DNA of 64,000 bases from an uncultured Collinsella sp. (GTDB lineage Bacteria > Actinomycetota > Coriobacteriia > Coriobacteriales > Coriobacteriaceae). Positions 8,085-16,695 of this stretch are shown one piece after another. Location: assembly GCA_902470905.1 (NCBI GenBank), contig CABRIC010000006.1:1692-65691 (forward strand), written 5' to 3'. The notes under the pieces were generated by a model. The model ran no database searches and was not told the DNA's origin. It saw nothing but the letters and a program-made list of their open reading frames with translations. The position numbers were made by a program, and so were the translations under genes. Positions within the stretch are counted from its first letter, which is position 1. Every line of letters starts with the position of its first letter.

Positions 8085-10109
8085 ATGAAAAGACTCCCCC
8101 GCCTTGCGTTAGCCGCCGCGTTGTTTGCCGGCGCGCTCGCAGGCATCCCAAGCCTCGCTTTCGCGGGGAACCTGCCCGCCGCTATTGACGGCTCTGTGAC
8201 CGTCATGCACACCAACGACATCCACGGCAGCTACAAGTACAGCTACAACGAAAGCAAGGGCACTGGCACTGTGGGCTTTGACGGACTGGCGGTTCTCTAT
8301 AGCGCCCAGGGCAACGCCCCCGATCTTTTGCTCGATGCGGGCGACACCTTCCACGGACAGTCCTTCGCCACCATGAGCGAGGGCAAGAGCATCGCCGAGC
8401 TCATGGACACCTTCTACGCCGACGGCTACGACGCGACCACGCCAGGCAACCACGACTGGAGCTACGGCGCGGACAAACTCCGCACCATGACCGGCTACAG
8501 CACCACCAGCACGCCCTTCGCCATGCTCTGCGCGAACGCGAAGTCTACGAGCGGCGTATGGAGCTCGAGCATCACGAAGACGCTCGATCGCACCTGGGAG
8601 GATAGCGAGGATTACTCCACATTCGACTACAAAATCAAGGTCGGCGTCGTGGGCGCCATGGATGAGTCGCTGGGATCCTCGCTGCGCGCGGACCTGGTCG
8701 CGGGCACGTCGTTCTCGAGTGCCGCGAACGCCATCAATGCCGAGGCAGAGCAGCTGCGCAAGGAGGGCTGCGATGTTGTTGTGTGTATCGCGCACACGCT
8801 CGACGCCAAGACCTTTGCCACGCGACTCCGTGGCGTCGATGCCCTTATCGCAGGCCACGAGCACATCAACCTTAACGAGAAGGTGACGGGAGCCGACGGC
8901 AAGACGATCCACGTTGTCGAGGCAGGCAGCGCCTTTGCCGAGGTGGGGCTGCTTTCCATTCCGTACAAGTACGACACCAATGGCACCGAGTCGACCGACG
9001 ATGACACGGTCACGGTCCCTGCAGACGGCAGCGACGAGAAGCTCTACACCGCCAAGAACGTCAACGACCTTTTGGCGGACCCCGACAAGGGCTCCGACTA
9101 CCAGAGCCGCCTTGAAGCCGTCCGCAACAAAATCAAGCCGCTCGACGAGGACTTTGAAAACGAATCGAACAAGGTGCTCGGCACATCCACCACCAACTAT
9201 TTCTACGGCGAGGACGCCGCAGGCACGCATGGCTGGGAAATGGTGCGCACCACCGATTTCCGCCCCAGCAACCCGGGCGACACCACCAAGGCCCAGACCA
9301 TCGGCCACGTGATTTGCGGCTCCTATCTTGCCCTGACGGGCGCGGACCTCGCTATCGAAAACGCCGGCGGCATCCGCGGCGGCATCGCGGCGGGCAACGT
9401 GACCGCCGGCAACGTCATCGCCATCTCGCCCTACGGCAACACCGTTGAGACCTGGACCATGACCGGCGCGGACTTCCTCGCAGCACTCGAGCACTCGCTA
9501 CAAATCAACGACGATTGTAACGACAGCTACGAGCTTCAGCAGGCTTATGTGGCGGCCGGTCACACCGAGCAGGAGGCGCAAGACAAGTACAAATGGCGCG
9601 ATGACTCTGGCAGCGTTCTCTCCTTTGGCGGCATCAACGTGACGATTGATTGGACGCAGCCCGAAGGCAAGCGCATTGTGAGTGCCACACTCACCAAAGA
9701 CGGCAGCACGCTCGACCCCGCCAAGACCTATACCGTCGCCACCAACAACTACATCATTACCAACACGACCGACTTTCCCACCTTTGCACACGCCACCAAG
9801 TACACCGAGTGGGGCACGTGCGAGGCGGCGCTGAGGGCGCTGATTGAGCAGAACGGCTGGGAGAGCAAGATGGCCGGGCTCGCCGGCACCATCAGCTTTG
9901 GCTCCGCAGCCGTGGACCCCACGCCCACACCGGCCCCGACGCCTAAGCCCTCGCCTAAGACGGACACGACGACCACGAAGGTCATCACCAAGAAGACGAC
10001 CGGTAAGCTCGCCGCAACGGGAGACCGCACGCTGGCAGTAGTTGGCGCGTGCCTTATCGGCGGCATCATCGTCATCATCCTCGGCATTATCTGGAAGCGT
10101 CGACGCTAA
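8085..10109 (+). CDS. Cell-wall-anchored bifunctional metallophosphatase / 5'-nucleotidase
   Basis: Signal peptide. Metallophosphatase motifs VMHTNDIHG, GDTFHG, GNHDW, GHEH. 5'-nucleotidase C-terminal domain, then a Pro/Thr-rich linker. C-terminal LAATG + hydrophobic helix + KRRR is an LAxTG-type sortase sorting signal. Confidence 0.85.
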   Translation: MKRLPRLALAAALFAGALAGIPSLAFAGNLPAAIDGSVTVMHTNDIHGSYKYSYNESKGTGTVGFDGLAVLYSAQGNAPDLLLDAGDTFHGQSFATMSEGKSIAELMDTFYADGYDATTPGNHDWSYGADKLRTMTGYSTTSTPFAMLCANAKSTSGVWSSSITKTLDRTWEDSEDYSTFDYKIKVGVVGAMDESLGSSLRADLVAGTSFSSAANAINAEAEQLRKEGCDVVVCIAHTLDAKTFATRLRGVDALIAGHEHINLNEKVTGADGKTIHVVEAGSAFAEVGLLSIPYKYDTNGTESTDDDTVTVPADGSDEKLYTAKNVNDLLADPDKGSDYQSRLEAVRNKIKPLDEDFENESNKVLGTSTTNYFYGEDAAGTHGWEMVRTTDFRPSNPGDTTKAQTIGHVICGSYLALTGADLAIENAGGIRGGIAAGNVTAGNVIAISPYGNTVETWTMTGADFLAALEHSLQINDDCNDSYELQQAYVAAGHTEQEAQDKYKWRDDSGSVLSFGGINVTIDWTQPEGKRIVSATLTKDGSTLDPAKTYTVATNNYIITNTTDFPTFAHATKYTEWGTCEAALRALIEQNGWESKMAGLAGTISFGSAAVDPTPTPAPTPKPSPKTDTTTTKVITKKTTGKLAATGDRTLAVVGACLIGGIIVIILGIIWKRRR

Positions 10110-10161
10110 GCTACACCGCCGGGCCTTGCAGCCCCGCCGCGTAAACCTTATATCGAGCACA

Positions 10162-10196
10162 GAAGCCCGTCCGAATTTGATCGGACGGGCTTCTTG
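10162..10196 (+). terminator. Terminator after the 5'-nucleotidase gene
   Basis: GAAGCCCGTCCGA-atttga-TCGGACGGGCTTC, a perfect 13-bp stem with a weak T tail. Confidence 0.6.
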
Positions 10197-10238
10197 GTGG
10201 GTATCATGGTTGGACGATCATTAGGAGGTTTTCCCTAC

Positions 10239-11006
10239 ATGGAATTGTTTGAGCCGATTCTTCATTTCTTTGAGCAACGGTGGGTCCACAACATCATCTG
10301 GGCCGTCATCTTGGCGATAGGCACCGCCGTCGCCGCCAAGGTCGTATCCAAGACCCTGAACCATCTGCTTAACCGAGACGATAACCCGCTACCGGCATCG
10401 AGTATCTTCATCAACATCGCGCGCGCCGTCATCTGGATGATCGGCGGCAGCTTTATCCTCGACAACTGTTTTGGCATTAATGCAAACGCCCTCGTCGCCG
10501 CTCTTGGCGTCGGCGGCATCGCTATCTCGCTCGGCTTTCAGGACACGCTGTCAAACCTTATCGGCGGCATGCAGGTGACCTTTATGGGCATCATCAAACC
10601 CGGCGACAATATCGAGGTCGGCGGCGTATCCGGCGTGGTCCAAGACATCACTTGGCGCCATACAACGATTGAGGATGCCTGTGGACAGACCATCATCGTC
10701 CCCAACTCCAACATTTCCAAGAACACACTCGTGCATTTGATGCCCTTTGGGCGCGTGGCCGTGCCCGTTGCGGTCAAGGACACGTCCAAGTGGGCTTCAC
10801 TGGACGCGCTGGCAGATGAGCTCACCGACGCCACCAAGGCCGCCGTGCTTCCCATCTCGGGCTTTGACAAGGAGCCCTACGTGCTCTTTAGCGAAATCGG
10901 CGACTTTGGCATCAAGGGAAAGATCATCTTTATCGTCAGCGACGACAGCACTACTTTCACGGCAGCCGACGCCTGCATCCGCGCCATCGCCCCTATCATC
11001 GCCTAA
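10239..11006 (+). CDS. Small-conductance mechanosensitive channel (MscS family)
   Basis: ATG 10239 lies 10 nt after AGGAGG. Three N-terminal TM helices and the conserved MscS core (LSNLIGGMQVTFMGIIKPGDNIEVGGVSGVVQDITWRHTTI). Confidence 0.85.
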   Translation: MELFEPILHFFEQRWVHNIIWAVILAIGTAVAAKVVSKTLNHLLNRDDNPLPASSIFINIARAVIWMIGGSFILDNCFGINANALVAALGVGGIAISLGFQDTLSNLIGGMQVTFMGIIKPGDNIEVGGVSGVVQDITWRHTTIEDACGQTIIVPNSNISKNTLVHLMPFGRVAVPVAVKDTSKWASLDALADELTDATKAAVLPISGFDKEPYVLFSEIGDFGIKGKIIFIVSDDSTTFTAADACIRAIAPIIA

Positions 11007-11007
11007 A

Positions 11008-11044
11008 CCACCGCAAAGGGGACAGGCATCTTTGTAGTGGTTTT
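11008..11044 (+). terminator. Rho-independent terminator after mscS
   Basis: CCACCGCAAAG-gggacaggcat-CTTTGTAGTGG stem followed by TTTT. Member of the GGGACAG-core hairpin family. Confidence 0.7.
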
Positions 11045-11099
11045 CATTCGTGGTACCATGGTTTATATCGTTGTTTAAACGACTAAGGGAGTAGACACC

Positions 11100-13016
11100 A
11101 TGGAAGAGGCCTATCGTCAAGCACGCAAGCGCGGCGAGCAAGGACGTCGACGCGCCATTAGCCAAAGCGAGCATCCATACCTTACGGACCTCGATAGCTT
11201 GGTTGCTCAGCTCCCCTTAGGTCAGCGAGAGAATGTCGGCCTGCGGGATATTCCGCTCGAAATGGTCGTCGGCACGGTCACCAAGGGCCGTCAGTCCGCC
11301 TTTTCGTGTAACTTTATGCCCCTGCTTCCGTTTAGCACCGAGTTCGCCCGCAAGTGGTCCAACCTCTACGACATCCAGGTGACCGAGGGCTATCGCGACC
11401 CCGTCATCGTCACCGAGTTCATGCATCGGTTCTATGTCCAAGAAGGCAACAAACGCGTCAGTGTCCTCAAATTCCTAGACGCCCCGACGGTTTCGGCCAA
11501 GGTCACCCGTCTCTACCCCGGCACATGGGATTCCGTCGAAAGCCGCCTGTACGGCGAGTTCTGCGCGTTTTGGCGTGTCTGCCCCCTATACGAGATCGAG
11601 TTCTCGCGTGAGGGAAGCTACGAAACGCTCGCGAAGATGCTCGGTCAGAACCTTATCGAAAAATGGCCGCAGAAAAAGGTCGACTACCTGCGCCACACTT
11701 TCCTGCTCTTTAAGCGTGCCTACCTTCGCGCAGGCGGCGATCACCTGGACATTACGCCCGCCGACGCCATGCTCGTCTACCTCAATGTGTACAACCAGGA
11801 CCGCCTGCTGGATACGCCAACGGATATCGTCGTAAACCGCCTGTGCAAGATCTGGCGCGAGCTGGTCATTGCCGGCAAAAATGACGAGGACAAGGTCGAT
11901 CTTGTCGAAGCACCGAGCGTCGACGAGGAGGAGACGCCCGCCAAGTCCACCTCTGGCGTGCTCAACTTCTTTATGGGCAAGACCGTCTACTCGACGGCCA
12001 ACCCCCTGCGCATCGCCTTTATCCATGAGTTCCCCTGTGCGACGTCGAGCTGGGACAGTCTGCACGACCAAGGGCGTCAGTATCTCGATGAGCACTTTGG
12101 CGGTATCGTGCGCACCGAGGCGTTCGAGGACTGTCACGATCCGGATGTGTTCTACGCCGCCGTGGAAACGGCTGTCAAACATGGAGCAAACGTCATTTTC
12201 TCGACCTCGCACCGCCTGATGGAATACACGCTCAGGGCTGCCGTTGAGTATCCCCGGGTTCGGTTCCTCAACTGCTCTATCGGCCTTCCCCATCAAAGCG
12301 TCCGTTCGTACTTTGGCAAGATGTACGAGGCCAAGTTTCTGCTGGGCGCCCTTGCGGCCAGCATGGCGGACAACCACCGCATCGGTTACCACGCGTCGGT
12401 CTTCGCCTCGGGCGCACTCAGCGAGATCAACGCCTTTGCGATTGGCGCCTCGCTGCTCGACCCGCGCGCGCAGGTCATCCTCACCTGGGGCGATGTTCCC
12501 GCCGGTGGTCTTGCCGAAGCCATGTGCCGCGAAGGCGTAAGCGTCATGACCGGCGCTGACATGTCAAAGTCGCTCGAAGACCCAACGGCCTACGGGCTTC
12601 ACCGCTTGGTCGACGGCAAAGTCACCGGCATCGCCATGCCCGTATGGAACTGGGGCCGTTACTACGAGCTCATCGTTCGCAGCCTTCTTCACGGCACGTG
12701 GGACGAGACCAGCGACGACAACCAAGTGCGCGCTGTCAACTACTGGTATGGCATGAGCTCCGGCGTTATCGACATCCGTTACGCTCCGGGCCTACCCTAC
12801 CAAACGCGCAAACTCGTGCAGTTGCTCCGCAACGGCATTGTTGTGGGATCCATCAACCCCTTTGGCGGCGAGCTCCACAGCCAGAACGGCGTGGTACAGA
12901 TCGAAGGCTTCCCTCCGCTGCCGAGCACGCAGATTGTCGAGATGAATTGGCTGGCGGACAACGTGGTAGGCACCATTCCGCAGCTCGACGATGAGCCGAA
13001 AGTCCCTGCCCTATGA
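11100..13016 (+). CDS. Cytoplasmic fusion protein: N-terminal ParB/sulfiredoxin-like region + C-terminal BMP (PnrA/Med-like) nucleoside-binding-fold domain
   Basis: 638 aa with no signal peptide or lipobox. The N-terminal part (IPLEMVVGT...VIVTEFMHRFYVQEGNKRVSVLKFL) resembles the ParB/Srx fold. The C-terminal ~340 aa (RIAFIHEF...KFLLGALAASMADNHRIGYHASV...INAFAIGASLLDP...) resembles BMP family periplasmic-binding-fold proteins. Confidence 0.6.
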   Translation: MEEAYRQARKRGEQGRRRAISQSEHPYLTDLDSLVAQLPLGQRENVGLRDIPLEMVVGTVTKGRQSAFSCNFMPLLPFSTEFARKWSNLYDIQVTEGYRDPVIVTEFMHRFYVQEGNKRVSVLKFLDAPTVSAKVTRLYPGTWDSVESRLYGEFCAFWRVCPLYEIEFSREGSYETLAKMLGQNLIEKWPQKKVDYLRHTFLLFKRAYLRAGGDHLDITPADAMLVYLNVYNQDRLLDTPTDIVVNRLCKIWRELVIAGKNDEDKVDLVEAPSVDEEETPAKSTSGVLNFFMGKTVYSTANPLRIAFIHEFPCATSSWDSLHDQGRQYLDEHFGGIVRTEAFEDCHDPDVFYAAVETAVKHGANVIFSTSHRLMEYTLRAAVEYPRVRFLNCSIGLPHQSVRSYFGKMYEAKFLLGALAASMADNHRIGYHASVFASGALSEINAFAIGASLLDPRAQVILTWGDVPAGGLAEAMCREGVSVMTGADMSKSLEDPTAYGLHRLVDGKVTGIAMPVWNWGRYYELIVRSLLHGTWDETSDDNQVRAVNYWYGMSSGVIDIRYAPGLPYQTRKLVQLLRNGIVVGSINPFGGELHSQNGVVQIEGFPPLPSTQIVEMNWLADNVVGTIPQLDDEPKVPAL

Positions 13017-13723
13017 AAATCCTTGCCATAGCCGATACCGAAGAACGATGCCTTTGGGAGTGCTTTCGCAAGGAACGCTTTGAGGGAGTCGACCTGATTT
13101 TGTCCGCCGGCGATCTGGACCCGGACTATCTTGAGTTTTTGGTTACGGTCATCAACAAACCGCTCATCTACGTGCGCGGCAATCACGATGACCGCTACGC
13201 ACGTCATGCACCGGGTGGATGTATCTGCGTAGAGGACAGCGTGTACACGTACCGAGGGATTCGCATTGCGGGCCTTGGCGGGTCCATGCGTTATCGCGAC
13301 GGCGCCAACATGTACACCGAACGCGAGATGTCCAAGCGCATGCGTAAGCTGTCGCGTAAGGTTAGGATGGTCGGCGGGTGCGACATTCTGCTTACCCATG
13401 CACCCGCCGCCGGTATGGGTGATCTGGACGATCTGCCGCATCGAGGATTCGAGTGCTTTAACACAGCACTCGAATCCTGGAATCCCGACTACATGGTGCA
13501 CGGGCATGTGCACCAAAGCTACGGTTGCGATTTTCAGCGCGAGCGTCAGCATGTGTGTGGAACGACGATCATCAACGCCTGCGGCTATACGCAGTTTGAG
13601 CTCGACCAGACGCACTACCCCATCCGCGGCTGGCGAGCAGCTTGGCTCAACTCACAAACCATGCGCCGCGAGCTCAAACGCCACGAAGCCATCGAGTCTT
13701 CAACAGCCAGAACACCCTGGTAA
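13013..13723 (+). CDS. Calcineurin-like metallophosphoesterase
   Basis: Motifs ILAIAD, SAGDLD, RGNHD, LLTHAP, VHGHVH. The start overlaps the upstream stop (ATGA), implying translational coupling. Confidence 0.8.
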   Translation: MKILAIADTEERCLWECFRKERFEGVDLILSAGDLDPDYLEFLVTVINKPLIYVRGNHDDRYARHAPGGCICVEDSVYTYRGIRIAGLGGSMRYRDGANMYTEREMSKRMRKLSRKVRMVGGCDILLTHAPAAGMGDLDDLPHRGFECFNTALESWNPDYMVHGHVHQSYGCDFQRERQHVCGTTIINACGYTQFELDQTHYPIRGWRAAWLNSQTMRRELKRHEAIESSTARTPW

Positions 13724-13762
13724 CCACCATAAAGGGGACACTGTCCCCTTTGTGGTGCTTTT
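13724..13762 (+). terminator. Rho-independent terminator after the metallophosphoesterase gene
   Basis: CACCATAAAGGGGACA / TGTCCCCTTTGTGGTG near-perfect 16-bp stem followed by CTTTT. Confidence 0.75.
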
Positions 13763-13774
13763 GACGCGATAGCA

Positions 13775-13813
13775 AGAAACCCGGTCCTGCACAAGGCAGA
13801 ACCGGGTTTCTTT
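13775..13813. terminator. Stem-loop downstream of rplA (convergent-gene terminator)
   Basis: AGAAACCCGGTCCTGC-acaag-GCAGAACCGGGTTTCT. U-rich ends in both orientations. Confidence 0.5.
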
Positions 13814-13848
13814 AGCAATGCTTGCTGTACTCAGGCAGTAACTAGCAG

Positions 13849-14556
13849 TTACTCAGCCAGGAAGTCACGCTGGACAGCGGGATCGACCTTGACGCCAGGG
13901 CCCATGGTGGAAGACACGGAGATGGACTTGACGTACTTGCCCTTAGCAGAAGAGGGCTTGACGCGCAGAATCTCGGTGTACAGGGCAGCGTAGTTCTCGA
14001 CGAGCTGCTGCTCAGAGAAGGACTTCTTGCCCAGGGGCACGTGGCAGATGCCGTAGCGGTCGGCGCGGTACTCAACGCGGCCAGCCTTGAGCTCGGAGAC
14101 CATCTTGGCGACATCCATGGTCACGGTGCCGAGCTTGGGGTTCGGCATGAGGCCACGGGGACCAAGGATCTTACCGATGCGGCCAACCTTGGCCATCATG
14201 TTCGGCGTAGCGATAGCGGCGTCGAAGTTGATCTCGCCCTTCTGAATCTGGGCGACGAGCTCGTCGGAACCGATGATGTCGGCGCCGGCAGCCTCGGCCT
14301 CGCGGGCCTTCTCGCCCTCGGCGAAGACGGCAACACGAACCGTCTTGCCGGTGCCGTGGGGCAGGGAGATGGAACCACGGATGTTCTGGTCAGCCTTACG
14401 AGTATCGATGCCCAGACGGAAGTGGGCCTCGACGGTCTCGTCGAACTTGGCGGTGTCGAGCTCCTTGATGAGCTTGGCAGCCTGAAGGGGGGTGTAGAGC
14501 GTAGCGCGGTCGATCTTCTCGGCAGCGGCGTTATAGCTCTTACCATGCTTAGCCAT
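13849..14556 (-). CDS. rplA: 50S ribosomal protein L1
   Basis: [17 protein letters not shown]... is a strong L1 signature. The second ATG is chosen because AGGAGG lies 8 nt upstream. Confidence 0.95.
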   Translation of the reverse strand: MAKHGKSYNAAAEKIDRATLYTPLQAAKLIKELDTAKFDETVEAHFRLGIDTRKADQNIRGSISLPHGTGKTVRVAVFAEGEKAREAEAAGADIIGSDELVAQIQKGEINFDAAIATPNMMAKVGRIGKILGPRGLMPNPKLGTVTMDVAKMVSELKAGRVEYRADRYGICHVPLGKKSFSEQQLVENYAALYTEILRVKPSSAKGKYVKSISVSSTMGPGVKVDPAVQRDFLAE

Positions 14557-14673
14557 GTGCATTACCTCCTGTGGTTAAACGGGCGTGAGCCCTCCCACAT
14601 CGTATCGTGTGCCCTATTGCACACATTTAACGGGCGCCCCGGTCGGAGCACCCGTCGTTACCATAAGAAATCG

Positions 14674-15102
14674 CTACTCAGCGATGGTGACGCCCATGGA
14701 ACGGGCGGTACCGGCGATGATCTTCTTGGCGGCGTCAATGTCGTTGGCATTGAGGTCCGGCATCTTGATCTCGGCGATCTTGGTGAGCTGCTCCTGGGAG
14801 AGCTGGCCAACCTTGTCGGCCTGGGGCTTAGCGGAACCAGACTTGAGGTTCAGCTCCTTCTTGATGAGGTGAGCCGCCGGCGGGGTCTTGGTGATGAAGG
14901 AGAAGGACTTGTCCTCGTAGACAGAGATCTCAACGGGGATGATGTCGCCCTTCTTGTCCTGCGTCTCGGCGTTAAAGGCCTGGCAGAACTGCATGATGTT
15001 CACGCCAGCAGCGCCCAGGGCGGGGCCGACGGGAGGAGCGGGGTTAGCTGCACCAGCAGGAATCTGGAGCTTAATGACGTTGGCAACCTTCTTCTCAGCC
15101 AT
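14674..15102 (-). CDS. rplK: 50S ribosomal protein L11
   Basis: [30 protein letters not shown]... is the canonical L11 N-terminus. Confidence 0.95.
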   Translation of the reverse strand: MAEKKVANVIKLQIPAGAANPAPPVGPALGAAGVNIMQFCQAFNAETQDKKGDIIPVEISVYEDKSFSFITKTPPAAHLIKKELNLKSGSAKPQADKVGQLSQEQLTKIAEIKMPDLNANDIDAAKKIIAGTARSMGVTIAE

Positions 15103-15222
15103 GGTCATTCCTTTCGAATCACGAGTGTGAAGTACTTGCTATATCGTAAGCACGCACGTGTTAGAAGCACTCCTGAGATGAGCAGTCACAGAAGAAGCAC
15201 GCTCGCGCGAACGGACGAAAAC

Positions 15223-15759
15223 TTAAGCGATGACAGCAACCTGGTTAAAGTCGAGCTCGACCGGCGTCTCGCGGCCAAAGATCATCAGCGTGACCTTGAG
15301 CTTGCCAGCATCGGTGTTAACCTCGGAGACCTTGCCATCAAAGTCGGTAAGCGGGCCATCGGTGACGCGGACGGACGTGCCGACCTCAATATCAACCGAA
15401 GTGCGCTTGGGCGAATCGCCCTTACCGGGACGACGAGTCATCTTGTTGTACTCGTCGCGGGAAAGCGGAGCGGGCTTGCCGTTGCCGCCCAGGAAACCGG
15501 TGACGCCAGGCGTGTTACGAACGCACGTCCAAGCATCATCATCCATCTCCATGCGGACCAGGACATAACCCGGGAAAATCTTGGAATCCTTGGTCTCACG
15601 CTTGCCACCCTCTTTAATCTCGGTGACACGCTCCATAGGAATCTCGATATCAAAGATACGGTCCTGCATGCCCATAGTCTCGATGCGATGCTCGAGATCG
15701 GACTTAACGCGGTTCTCGTATCCAGAGTAAGTGTGAACGACGTACCAACGCTTAGACAT
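15223..15759 (-). CDS. nusG: Transcription termination/antitermination factor NusG
   Basis: RWYVVHTYSGYENRVK NGN domain plus C-terminal KOW (VRVTDGPLTDFDGKVSEV). Conserved position after secE. Confidence 0.95.
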   Translation of the reverse strand: MSKRWYVVHTYSGYENRVKSDLEHRIETMGMQDRIFDIEIPMERVTEIKEGGKRETKDSKIFPGYVLVRMEMDDDAWTCVRNTPGVTGFLGGNGKPAPLSRDEYNKMTRRPGKGDSPKRTSVDIEVGTSVRVTDGPLTDFDGKVSEVNTDAGKLKVTLMIFGRETPVELDFNQVAVIA

Positions 15760-15762
15760 GGT

Positions 15763-16101
15763 TTAGCCCCTCAATCCAGAGAACAGAGCAAGAGCCTCGC
15801 CAAAGCCAGCATCGAGCAGAGCGATGACGACGCCGACGACGATCAGAGAAGCGCAAACGACGACCGAGTAGTTCACGAGCTCCTTCTTATCGGGCCACGT
15901 GACACGCTTCATCTCGGACTTGACCGAAGCGAAATACTTCTTGGTGCGGGCGAAGAAACCAGGCTTCTCGTTCTTCTTGGACTTCGCAGCCTTCTCGTTC
16001 TTCTTGGCAACGGCCTTCTTGGCCTCAACCTTGGAGTTGGCGGCAGCTTTGTTGGCAGGTGCCGGCTGCTGAGCCTTCTTCTTGTTCTTCTTGTTGGCCA
16101 T
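15763..16101 (-). CDS. secE: Preprotein translocase subunit SecE (Lys-rich N-terminal extension)
   Basis: C-terminal SVKSEMKRVTWPDKKELVNYSVVV + TM helix is the SecE core. Sits between tRNA-Trp/rpmG and nusG. Confidence 0.85.
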   Translation of the reverse strand: MANKKNKKKAQQPAPANKAAANSKVEAKKAVAKKNEKAAKSKKNEKPGFFARTKKYFASVKSEMKRVTWPDKKELVNYSVVVCASLIVVGVVIALLDAGFGEALALFSGLRG

Positions 16102-16140
16102 TTGGGTTACCTCCGCGCAATGCGCTTATACATGAGTAAA

Positions 16141-16168
16141 CCGTAAGCCCCCAAGTGGGAGCTTACGG
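16141..16168 (-). other. Stem-loop between tRNA-Trp and secE (processing site or weak terminator)
   Basis: CCGTAAGC-ccccaagtggga-GCTTACGG. Confidence 0.35.
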
Positions 16169-16177
16169 AATAATGAC

Positions 16178-16253
16178 TGGCACGCCAGGAAGGACTCGAA
16201 CCCTCAACACTCGGTTTTGGAGACCGATGCTCTACCAATTGAACTACTGGCGT
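16178..16253 (-). tRNA. tRNA-Trp (anticodon CCA)
   Basis: Cloverleaf folded by hand: acceptor ACGCCAG/CTGGCGT, anticodon arm TCGGT-CTCCAAA-ACCGA, T loop TTCGAGT, encoded CCA. Confidence 0.9.
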
Positions 16254-16266
16254 ATGTGACTAGAGA

Positions 16267-16416
16267 CTAGCGAGTCTCTTTGTGCAGCGTGTGATGACGG
16301 CACCAGGGGCAATACTTCTTGATCTCCATACGATCAGGCATGGTCGACTTGTTCTTGGTGGTCGTATAGTTGCGGCGCTTGCACTCAGTGCACGCAAGAG
16401 TAACTAGAGTACGCAT
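16267..16416 (-). CDS. rpmG: 50S ribosomal protein L33
   Basis: Not in the ORF track (49 aa). Hand translation gives [49 protein letters not shown], with the zinc-ribbon CxxC...CxxC L33 signature. Confidence 0.9.
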   Translation of the reverse strand: MRTLVTLACTECKRRNYTTTKNKSTMPDRMEIKKYCPWCRHHTLHKETR

Positions 16417-16461
16417 GTATCCTGAACCTTTCATTTCCGCCCCGTACGGGCACGAGTTGTT

Positions 16462-16491
16462 ACTTTATCAGCTCCACGTAAGTGCTGTCAA
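16462..16491 (-). promoter_or_regulatory. Candidate promoter for rpmG-tRNA-Trp-secE-nusG
   Basis: Minus strand TTGACA (16491-16486), 18 nt, TAAAGT (16467-16462). Confidence 0.35.
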
Positions 16492-16631
16492 TGAAAACCT
16501 CGAGTCAATTGGTTCTCGGTGGATCCATTCATATTTGGAACACATCAATGAAGCCATCGAGAGCTAATCGACGGTGCATCCAGGACCATTATCGATCCTC
16601 TCGACACCAGCAACGGCTCAATATCCATTGC

Positions 16632-16668
16632 AGAAAAGAACCCGGCACCCATATAAGTGCCGGGTTCT
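16632..16668 (-). terminator. Rho-independent terminator after tuf
   Basis: Minus strand GAACCCGGCAC-ttatatgg-GTGCCGGGTTC followed by TTTTC. Confidence 0.8.
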
Positions 16669-16695
16669 CTAAGTCAGCTATATCAAAGAGCTAAT

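Noticed and set aside
14041-16146. 701-aa plus-strand ORF spanning rplA, rplK, nusG and secE.
   Set aside because: It lies antisense to four universally conserved genes and crosses their intergenic regions. It is a low-complexity G/D/L/V-rich translation and a GC-bias artefact.
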